From positions 1 through 55,992 of IMG/VR virus record IMGVR_UViG_3300037461_000368: a stretch of 55,992 nt of DNA; one strand, given 5' to 3'. This DNA is from a virus. Taxonomy: Duplodnaviria > Caudoviricetes. A program made the position numbers and the translations under genes. Each line of letters opens with the position of its first letter. Within the stretch, counting starts at the first letter, position 1. Shown here in pieces: positions 8,277 through 16,209 of this stretch. The notes below the pieces were generated by a model. The model searched no databases and was not told the DNA's origin. It was given only the letters and a program-made list of their open reading frames with translations.

Positions 8277-10459
8277 GCACCGGAGCCATACGCCGCACAC
8301 TCTATCGCGCCGTCTCGGCGATACAACGGCGCCTGGTCCCGGCCGACGTCACGCGGGCGTGGGAGAACATTCGCTATCGCGATCCGCAGTGGACGCTCGC
8401 GAAACTGAAGCTCGGAAGCGGCGAGCTCGACCGGCCGTATCAGCAGCACGAGACCGTGTACTCCTGCATGTCGCTGATCGCGGAAGCGGCGGCGGATATC
8501 CCATTCCGTATCTACCGCGGCGACGAGGAGAACTACGACGAGGTCACGAAAGAGCCGATCGCGCGGCTCTTTGATCGGCCAAACACGTACTGGTCGAAAG
8601 CGCACTGGGTGCAGGCTGCGATCATACAACTCCTGCGTGACGGGAATGCCATCTTCGTCTGGGATCGCGACCGAGACAAGCAGGAGCCGCGGCAGTTCTA
8701 TGTGTACGGGAAGGACGGCTGGGACCCGATCTTCAAGGGCGATAGCCGCGACCTCGACCACTGGGACTGGGAAGTCCGGCGGGACGGGAAGCCGCCAATC
8801 ACGCGCCGCGTCGAGACGTTCCAGGCCACGCCGGCCATGACCTATAACCCCCATCACGAGTTCTGGGGAATGGGTCCCATGCAGGTCGCGAGCATTCGCG
8901 CCAACCACGACTTCCTCGCGCAGAAGCTCACCGATGCGTGGTTCCGAAACTCGGGTCAGCCGGGCGGCGTCGTATCCTTCCAACGATCCATGACGCCGGA
9001 ACAGCTCGGGAAGTACCGCGAGCAACTTTCATCTACGCACACGGGCTCGCTCGATAAGTGGTTCCAGATGCTGGTCCTCGAAGGCGCGGCGACGTACACG
9101 CCGATCCCGCTCAACTATCAGCAAATGCAATTCGTCGAGCAGCAGAAGATGTCAGACATCAAGATCGCCGGCATCTTCCACGTCCCGCCGATACTGCTTT
9201 CGATCATGGACGAGACGCACAAGGCGACGGCGGCCGAGACGTACAAAGAGTTCTATAGCAAGGCCGTCCTCCCGCTCTGCCGTATCGTCAAGGATGCGCT
9301 CAACGCGCAGTTCTTCGATCTCTGGAACAAGCTTAACGGCGATTCGCTCTGGTGCGGCTGGGACATAACGCAGATCGAGGCGTTGCAGGAGGGCCGCAAC
9401 GAGAAGGTCACGCGCGCGACGGCGCTTTTCGGCATCGGCTTCCCGCGTGACCAGATCAACGAGATCGAAGAGCTCGGATACGAGCCTACCGAGGATGGCG
9501 AGGTCGGCTACCTGCCCATGGGTATGCTACCCGTGGACGCCGACCGATCCATGCCGGCTCTGCCAACACCCGAGCCGGACGAAGACGAAGAAGACGGGGA
9601 CGGCGCGTCCCCTAAAGCACTCCTTTCCCCGAAAACGACTACCGAATGTGCGGCGAAAAGAACCCCAACTCAACGACAGCCCAATCCCCGTCTTCTCTTT
9701 CAGCCGGGCTCGATTGAACACGAGCGCGTGTATCGTGAGTGGATACAGAGGATAATCCCGCTTGAGCAGGACTACGCACGGCGGCTGCGGACGTATCTAC
9801 AGCAGGTGCGATCGTTCCTGAATCTGAAGCTCGACGCGGCGATGGATCGGTTCGACAAGACCGGCGAGATACCGCGTGACTTCTTCGACCTCGACGTGTC
9901 CTTCGACGAGAACCTGCGGAAGATCAGCGCGAAGCACTTCAAGCGTGTGACGATCGAGGTTGCGCCGATCGTCGAATCGCACATCAACGGCGCGCGCATC
10001 CCGTTCGTCTTCAACCCGAAGGACCCGCGGATTGCCGAGTTCCTGAAGACGAAAGAGATCAAGATCGTCGAGAACGTGAACGGCAAGGGACTGCGGGAGG
10101 CGGCACGCAAGGCGCTCACCGAGCAGCAGCGGCTCGGGACCGGGTTCGGTGAGCTGCACGAGGCGTTGAACGATGTCGTCGGGGACAACCGGCGTCGGGC
10201 GCTCACGATCGCGCGGACGGAGACAGCACAATGCGCGAACGGCGTCGAGTTCGAGGCCGAGCAGTCGGCCGGCGTTAGCGAGCATATGTGGGTCGCAACG
10301 CTCGACGATCGCGTGCGTGAGACGCACGTTGACATGATGCTCCTCGGAGCGATCCCGATCAATAGCATGTTTCCGAACGGCTGCCGGTATCCCGGGGACG
10401 TGGACGGCCCCCCGGCGGAGACGATCAACTGTAGGTGCACAATGATGGCGGTGGCGTAA
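8273..10459 (+). CDS. HK97-type portal fused to a C-terminal Mu gpF/SPP1 gp7-like domain
   Basis: Portal motifs (VYSCMSLIA, LLRDGNA, FRNSGQPGG, IFHVPP); MuF motifs RALTIARTET, WVATLDDRVRETH, INCRC. Confidence 0.9.
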   Translation: MSTGAIRRTLYRAVSAIQRRLVPADVTRAWENIRYRDPQWTLAKLKLGSGELDRPYQQHETVYSCMSLIAEAAADIPFRIYRGDEENYDEVTKEPIARLFDRPNTYWSKAHWVQAAIIQLLRDGNAIFVWDRDRDKQEPRQFYVYGKDGWDPIFKGDSRDLDHWDWEVRRDGKPPITRRVETFQATPAMTYNPHHEFWGMGPMQVASIRANHDFLAQKLTDAWFRNSGQPGGVVSFQRSMTPEQLGKYREQLSSTHTGSLDKWFQMLVLEGAATYTPIPLNYQQMQFVEQQKMSDIKIAGIFHVPPILLSIMDETHKATAAETYKEFYSKAVLPLCRIVKDALNAQFFDLWNKLNGDSLWCGWDITQIEALQEGRNEKVTRATALFGIGFPRDQINEIEELGYEPTEDGEVGYLPMGMLPVDADRSMPALPTPEPDEDEEDGDGASPKALLSPKTTTECAAKRTPTQRQPNPRLLFQPGSIEHERVYREWIQRIIPLEQDYARRLRTYLQQVRSFLNLKLDAAMDRFDKTGEIPRDFFDLDVSFDENLRKISAKHFKRVTIEVAPIVESHINGARIPFVFNPKDPRIAEFLKTKEIKIVENVNGKGLREAARKALTEQQRLGTGFGELHEALNDVVGDNRRRALTIARTETAQCANGVEFEAEQSAGVSEHMWVATLDDRVRETHVDMMLLGAIPINSMFPNGCRYPGDVDGPPAETINCRCTMMAVA

Positions 10460-10773
10460 TGCAGGGCGTGATAGACATCGGTGACATTTCCTCCGGCGCG
10501 GCGCTCTTCCTCATGCTCGTCGGGTTCATAGGGGCGTGGATAGAAATGCGGTTCAAGGTACGTGCGAACGCGCGGCAGATCGAGCAGATCCTTGCGGATC
10601 GCAGGGCGTGCGTCGAGCGGCACAACGCGACCATGGAAGAGATCCGTGAGTCGCTGCACGCGCTCGCGTTGACGACCTCGGAGAAGCTCGGAGAAATGAA
10701 GGCGACGATCTCCGGGCTGACGCACGAGGTCGCGTCGCTTACGGCCACCGTCAGGAACGGCAAGGGGACGTGA
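10459..10773 (+). CDS. Single-TM coiled-coil membrane protein (holin-like/unknown)
   Basis: N-terminal hydrophobic helix; TAATG coupling to portal. Confidence 0.55.
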   Translation: MQGVIDIGDISSGAALFLMLVGFIGAWIEMRFKVRANARQIEQILADRRACVERHNATMEEIRESLHALALTTSEKLGEMKATISGLTHEVASLTATVRNGKGT

Positions 10774-10778
10774 CAACC

Positions 10779-12197
10779 ATGGCAGAGACAGAACACGAAC
10801 GCGAAGAGACCGAGACATCGGACGAGAAGGAGCTCTACTTCTTCACGTGTGACGTCCAGCGCGCGAAAGGCGAGGACGGCGAGAAGCTGTACGACTTCAT
10901 CGCGACCACGGCCGTGCGTGACCGCATGGGCGACGAGATCCCGATCAAGGGTTGGGAGTTCAAGGCGTTCAAGGAGAACCCGGCCGTCCTCTGGGGACAC
11001 GACCACTACCGGCCGCTCATCGGCAACGTTCGGAAGCTCGAGAAGCGGTACGTCGAGAAGCTGAAGAAGGACGCCATTGTGGCAAGCGTCGCATTCGTCC
11101 CCGAGGAGATCGACCCGTTCGCGCACCATATCGAGCAACTGGTCGATAAGGGGTGGCTGCGGGCCGTCTCGGTCGGCTTCGCGTCGCACAAGAGCAAGTG
11201 GATCGAAGAGAGCGACGACGAGAAGGCCGAGCGCATGAAGACGGAGCCGGACCGCGCGCCGGGCAGGACGTTCGAGCGCAAGGAGCTCCTGGAGCTGTCG
11301 CTCTGCAACGTCCCGGCGAACCCCGAGGCGTTGCGTTACATGCAGCACAAGGGCCTGGTGACGGACGCCGAGGCGTCGCGGCATGCGGAGTTCTTCGCGC
11401 GTCAGGCGTCGCTTGACGCGAGCGTACGGGCCTTGCAGAACACGCGCGAGATCAAGGCGCAGCTCGACTCAACGAACGGCATGGTGACGATCGCGATTCC
11501 GAGCGGTAATTCGTCGGCAACGGATCTGCTCTACCCGTTCACGATCTCGGAGCATCAGACGGGACCCTACACAACAACGCCGTGGGTCTACCCGGTCCCC
11601 GAAGTGGACGAGCAGAAGGCGACATGGGACAGCAAGCCGGCGGACGCCGAGATCAACTACCGGCTGCGTGATACGAGCGCCTTTCGCGACGGCTCCTTCA
11701 TACGCAAGGACCTGAAGAAGGACAAGCCGCGCGTGGTCGGCGTGCTCGGCATCCTGAAGACGGACGGCGAGCGAGCGCTGCACGCGCTTCGCTTCCCGCG
11801 TGACGAGGGGTGGACGCTCACGAAGGCAAAGGCATTTGTGAAGGATCACCCCGACCTGGTCAAGACACTTACGCGCGTCATGTCGGAACTGGAACTCAAC
11901 GAAGACGACGAGCAACTTGCTCTCGCCTTCCAAGGTCTGATCGCGGAACAGGAACGGCGGCCTGACGACACGGCTGCGGACGACAGCGTACCTGGGACGG
12001 AAACGGCGAACGGCGACGTGGAGCGCGCAATCGCATCGACGGATGCGAATGACCACGAGCCGGACGTTGCGTCTCCCGTCGCGCCGACTCCGGTATCGAC
12101 CGAGTCGAAAGAGCAGCGGTTCCGGTTCGTCATGCGATCGACCACGAAACAGGAGCCGATGCGTCTACGCATACGCTCCACGACTAAGGAGGCATAA
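10779..12197 (+). CDS. HK97-family prohead protease with long C-terminal extension
   Basis: DRMGDEI, NPAVLWGHD, AVSVGF, ELLELSLCNVPANPEAL. Confidence 0.9.
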   Translation: MAETEHEREETETSDEKELYFFTCDVQRAKGEDGEKLYDFIATTAVRDRMGDEIPIKGWEFKAFKENPAVLWGHDHYRPLIGNVRKLEKRYVEKLKKDAIVASVAFVPEEIDPFAHHIEQLVDKGWLRAVSVGFASHKSKWIEESDDEKAERMKTEPDRAPGRTFERKELLELSLCNVPANPEALRYMQHKGLVTDAEASRHAEFFARQASLDASVRALQNTREIKAQLDSTNGMVTIAIPSGNSSATDLLYPFTISEHQTGPYTTTPWVYPVPEVDEQKATWDSKPADAEINYRLRDTSAFRDGSFIRKDLKKDKPRVVGVLGILKTDGERALHALRFPRDEGWTLTKAKAFVKDHPDLVKTLTRVMSELELNEDDEQLALAFQGLIAEQERRPDDTAADDSVPGTETANGDVERAIASTDANDHEPDVASPVAPTPVSTESKEQRFRFVMRSTTKQEPMRLRIRSTTKEA

Positions 12198-12199
12198 GA

Positions 12200-13462
12200 A
12201 TGCCTGAAGAGGTTAAGGAGATCGGCGCTACCGATCTCGCGAAAATGATCGCCGACGCAACGGCCGAGTCGAACAAGGCCCTGCTCGACGCGATCAAGGA
12301 TCTCGGGGAGTCGCAACGAAAGAGCGTCCTTCCCGCTCCCGACAAGCGCCTGGCCCCGTGGCAGCGCTCGAAGGAAGAGATCGAGGAGAAGCGCAAGGAA
12401 TGGGCGTCGAAGCATCGCAACCCGAACCGACTTCCCCCCGAGGACGAGTTCTCGTTCGCGCGTTTCTTCATGGCGCGGAAGACGAACAACTGGGACCTGG
12501 CGCCGTTCGAGAAGTACGCCTGCGAAACCACGTACGAGACGTACGAGGGCGACGCGCAGAAGGCGCTCGGCTGGGCGTCCGGTAGCTCCGGTGGCTACTG
12601 GGTCGGGATCGAGTTCCTGCCTCAGGAGTTCATCGACTACTTCACCGCCGAGGTCGTCTGCCGGCAGGCCGGCTGCATGGTTCTGCCTTGCACTGGCGCG
12701 CCGGTCAACATCCCGAAGGCGACCGCCGGCCATACCGTGTACTGGGTGACTCAGAACGCGAACATCACCGCGTCGGACTCGACCCCCGGGCAGCTCCAGT
12801 TGACGCCGCACTGGGCGGTTGCTCGCTGCCAGCTCTCCCGCTTCCTCGCGCGTACGAGCGTAGGCGCGGCCGAGTCGTTCGTGCGTCAGGACATGGCACG
12901 CGGACTCGCGCTCGCCGTCGACGACGCCATGCTCGAGGGACCCGGGACGTCCGGGAAGCCGACCGGCATGAGTGCGACGGCCTCGATCAACACCGTGGCG
13001 ATCGGGACCAACGGCGGCGCGATGACGTCGGCGCTCCTGCATTCCATGGACTACGCCATGAACCTGGACAACGTGCCGATGAACGGCCGCGTCTGGATCA
13101 TGCACCCGAGGACGTGGAATGCCATCCGGCAGCTCGTCACCGAGTCGGGTACGACGAAGTACCTCATCAACCCCAACCCGTCGGTTGCCGAACCGCGCTC
13201 GTTCTTGGGATACCCCGTGTATCTCAGCACGCAGGTTACGATCAACGGCACGAAGGGGAACGGCACCGCGCTCGCGAGGGTATTCCTTGTGAACATCAAG
13301 GACATCGTCCTTGCCGAGTGGGGTGCGATCGAGCTCGAAGCGACTGACGTGGGCGGGAACGCCTGGGCGCAGAACGCGGTCGAGATCAAGGCGACGTACA
13401 CCGTGGACGTCGGAGTCCGTAACGCGAACAGCGTCTGCTTGCTCTCGGATACGACGAGCTAG
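12200..13462 (+). CDS. Major capsid protein (HK97 fold)
   Basis: GGYWV..., DDAMLEGPGTSGKPTG, WIMHPRTW, LGYPVY; synteny. Confidence 0.92.
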   Translation: MPEEVKEIGATDLAKMIADATAESNKALLDAIKDLGESQRKSVLPAPDKRLAPWQRSKEEIEEKRKEWASKHRNPNRLPPEDEFSFARFFMARKTNNWDLAPFEKYACETTYETYEGDAQKALGWASGSSGGYWVGIEFLPQEFIDYFTAEVVCRQAGCMVLPCTGAPVNIPKATAGHTVYWVTQNANITASDSTPGQLQLTPHWAVARCQLSRFLARTSVGAAESFVRQDMARGLALAVDDAMLEGPGTSGKPTGMSATASINTVAIGTNGGAMTSALLHSMDYAMNLDNVPMNGRVWIMHPRTWNAIRQLVTESGTTKYLINPNPSVAEPRSFLGYPVYLSTQVTINGTKGNGTALARVFLVNIKDIVLAEWGAIELEATDVGGNAWAQNAVEIKATYTVDVGVRNANSVCLLSDTTS

Positions 13463-13612
13463 GCGAAGGTACCTTTTTATGGCGAGCACTGCTGTGGGTG
13501 GGACCGAAGAACGGCAGGCCGAAGCGCGATCCCGGTATCGGCATACGTCTCACGTGCGAAACGGTATCGGGGGACGCGCTAAGACTTTGATCACTCAGGA
13601 GACCTGACGCAC

Positions 13613-13921
13613 ATGGCACAAGAACCCGAGAGACGCTGGAAGGTGCGCGGTGGGTTCCGGTACCCGGCGAACAAGAACCAAGGCGTGTACTACAGCGCTG
13701 GCCACGTCTTCGAGGCGACGGAAGCGAACGTCGAGCCGTATCGGCATATGCTCGAAGAAGTGCGGGACTCGGCGCGTCCGTATGACGCGGATGAAGACGA
13801 GCGCGTCCCCGAGCCGCCGGTTCCGCGACCGGACCGCAGGACGCGGCCGCCGACATACGCAACCATGCTGAAGAAACCACCCGAAGACCGGGCGATGAAC
13901 GATGAACCTTTGCCTGCTTGA
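13613..13921 (+). CDS. Hypothetical head-associated protein
   Basis: Strong RBS; post-capsid position. Confidence 0.6.
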   Translation: MAQEPERRWKVRGGFRYPANKNQGVYYSAGHVFEATEANVEPYRHMLEEVRDSARPYDADEDERVPEPPVPRPDRRTRPPTYATMLKKPPEDRAMNDEPLPA

Positions 13922-14495
13922 CGACCTGAAGCTCCGGCTCGCCATCAAGGATGACGAGAAGTCGGCGCAGCTCAACGACATGATCGCCGGCGTCTCGGCC
14001 GTCTTCGAGCGGTACCTTGGCCGGACGATTCAGAGCGGCGCGACGAACGCGCACACGGAGTATCACGACGTCCACATCGGGCAGACCGTTTTCAATCTGC
14101 CGGCCTATCCCGTGACGTCGATAACGACCGTGCACAACGACACGGCGTGGGTCTACGGCTCCTCGACGCTCGTCGCGGCCACGAGCTACAAGGTCAACAC
14201 GACGACGGGGCTGCTGTACTTCGACTCTGACACGCTCATCGCCGGGCACCAGGCGCTCAAGGTCGTCTATGTCGGCGGCATGGCTGAGACGGCGGCGGCC
14301 TTCGCGCTCGCGTATCCGGACATCGCGGAAGCGTGCATGCGGCAGGCGACGTACTGGTTCAACACGAAATCGCATGTCGGTGCGATGTCGGTCGGTGCGG
14401 GCGGGGCGACGCAGTCGTTCGGATTCGACGACGACGTTCTCCTGGCCGGTGTGCGTGGCGTCCTGGACCTTCACCGGAACGTGGTGGCGGTGTGA
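13902..14495 (+). CDS. Head-tail adaptor (gp6/gp15-like)
   Basis: LDDLKLRL...FERYLGR, YPVTSI, VVYVGG, DIAEAC. Confidence 0.8.
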   Translation: MNLCLLDDLKLRLAIKDDEKSAQLNDMIAGVSAVFERYLGRTIQSGATNAHTEYHDVHIGQTVFNLPAYPVTSITTVHNDTAWVYGSSTLVAATSYKVNTTTGLLYFDSDTLIAGHQALKVVYVGGMAETAAAFALAYPDIAEACMRQATYWFNTKSHVGAMSVGAGGATQSFGFDDDVLLAGVRGVLDLHRNVVAV

Positions 14496-14496
14496 C

Positions 14497-15096
14497 ATGG
14501 CGATAGACCCGATCAAGTTCCAAATGGCGCGCGAGATGTTTCAGAAGACGCTCGAACGTGTCAAGCTGAACTTCGACAAGCAGGCCGTGCTTGCGATGAC
14601 GCTCTGGTCGTCGGGGACGATCAACGATCTGGCCGTCAAGCGCATGAGCGGCCGGCCGGGGGTCAATCGCCTGAGTGGGAACCTGGCGCGATCGTTCCGG
14701 CATCAGGAGAGCGGATCGACGCTTGCAGACGCGCAGACGCGGATCTACTCGACGGCCATATACTCGCGCGTGCAGGAGTACGGCGCGACGATACGGCCGG
14801 TGCGGGCACGCAAGCTCGCGATCCCGATCCCCGGCTCACCGGCCATGCGTGCGAACGGGGAGGCGCTCTTCCATTCCCCGCTACGCGCGAGCCTTGCCGG
14901 GCAGGGGATCTTTCGCGTCAAGGACGTCCTGGCGACCCGTGCGGCGAGCGGCAAGGGTATCGTCCCGTGGTTCGCGCTCAAGGACTCGGTCTACGTCCCG
15001 CCGCGTCTGAAGTTCTCCGAGACCGTGAAGGCGCGCCTGCGCGTCCTGCGCTCTGCGCTCGGCGACGCCTTCAACGCGGCGAAGAAGGGGAGTTGA
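14497..15096 (+). CDS. Neck/tail completion protein (HK97 gp10/Mu gpG-like)
   Basis: SGNLARS...YSRVQEYGATIRP...LAIP...VYVPPR. Confidence 0.75.
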   Translation: MAIDPIKFQMAREMFQKTLERVKLNFDKQAVLAMTLWSSGTINDLAVKRMSGRPGVNRLSGNLARSFRHQESGSTLADAQTRIYSTAIYSRVQEYGATIRPVRARKLAIPIPGSPAMRANGEALFHSPLRASLAGQGIFRVKDVLATRAASGKGIVPWFALKDSVYVPPRLKFSETVKARLRVLRSALGDAFNAAKKGS

Positions 15097-15103
15097 CGCA
15101 CCC

Positions 15104-15418
15104 ATGGCAACGGCGTTGACACTCTACGCGGGCGAATGGGGACACAAGATCATCGCACGCACGTACTGCGATGCGGTCTCTCGTACCTCGGCAATCCGTA
15201 TGTGCGGCAAACGCGCGAGCGACGGCACGACGTTCTCGATCGTCGCATCGCGCAGACCATCAGACACGACGTACTACGCGGTCAGCGTACCCATACCTGC
15301 GTCGTTCATGACAGGAAAAACAGGTGAGTGGTGCTGTCAGATAGAGCTTACGTTCACGACGGGTAAGTTCTATTCGCGCCCATTCTACGTTCACATTCAC
15401 GCAACACCGTCGAAGTAG
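15104..15418 (+). CDS. Small Ig-like virion protein (BppU N-terminal-like)
   Basis: Beta-rich; GEWCCQIELTF...FYSRPF.V pattern. Confidence 0.45.
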   Translation: MATALTLYAGEWGHKIIARTYCDAVSRTSAIRMCGKRASDGTTFSIVASRRPSDTTYYAVSVPIPASFMTGKTGEWCCQIELTFTTGKFYSRPFYVHIHATPSK

Positions 15419-15429
15419 GAGTATCGGAC

Positions 15430-15807
15430 ATGGCGGCAACGACTGTTTTGGAAACGGCCTTTCGCAGCACGCTCGCGGACGCGATCGACACGGCGGTCGG
15501 TGCGACGGGGCACATCAAGTTCGAGACTTCGGGCGACGCCGAAGTCGCGGACATCGTGCTCGGGAATCCGGCATTCGGCTCGGCGTCGAGCGGCGTCATC
15601 ACGCTTGAGGCGAGCACGGAGGACTCGAACTGCACGGCGGGGACGATCGAGCACGCGAGCTTGTACGCGAACACGACGAAGCTGGCCGAGTTCAACTGCA
15701 CGGCGACGGGTGGCGGCGGGACGTTCACGATGTCCTCGCTGGCGCTTGAGACCGGCGACACGCTGTCGATCGCGAGCTTCACGATTACGGTACCGAGCGG
15801 AGCATAG
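15430..15807 (+). CDS. Small fibre subunit 1 (paralog of 37469-37855)
   Basis: R..LAD.I...AFG.A..GV.T...GDT.....TITVP shared with the paralog. Confidence 0.7.
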   Translation: MAATTVLETAFRSTLADAIDTAVGATGHIKFETSGDAEVADIVLGNPAFGSASSGVITLEASTEDSNCTAGTIEHASLYANTTKLAEFNCTATGGGGTFTMSSLALETGDTLSIASFTITVPSGA

Positions 15808-15819
15808 TGCTCTGGCCTG

Positions 15820-16203
15820 ATGGCTGTTGAACTGCTCCTACTCGACTTCTCTGGTCCTGACGGCCGGGAGCCGGGGACGATCATCGACATTCGTGAATGT
15901 CCTGACGGTGGATCTGTGAAGTGGGGCCGGGCCGAGTGTCCGCCCCACTTCAAGATTCTGCACATCGACGGCGTGACGAAGAACGATCTCGACCCCTCCA
16001 TGCTTGAGTTCGGCGGGCATCGGAGTCGGATCAAGATCGACGAAGATCGCATGGACGCGAAAGACAAAGCGGACCTGCGCGCCGGGAAGAAGGCGAAGAT
16101 AGCCAAGGGCAAGCTCGTGGCCGCATCGGTCGATCGTGGCGACGAGTGGCAGCCGAAACCGGCAATCGCCGAAGAGGTCGGAGAGGGCGTCATAAAGGGA
16201 TAG
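15820..16203 (+). CDS. Fibre partner protein 1 (paralog of 26360-26839)
   Basis: Shared VELL...GR.PG....WG..E.PP.F..L motif; precedes a beta-helix repeat protein. Confidence 0.65.
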   Translation: MAVELLLLDFSGPDGREPGTIIDIRECPDGGSVKWGRAECPPHFKILHIDGVTKNDLDPSMLEFGGHRSRIKIDEDRMDAKDKADLRAGKKAKIAKGKLVAASVDRGDEWQPKPAIAEEVGEGVIKG

Positions 16204-16209
16204 CGACAC

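Noticed and set aside
13479-13607. 42-aa ORF after the capsid gene
   Set aside because: No RBS, and it coincides with a strong RNA hairpin
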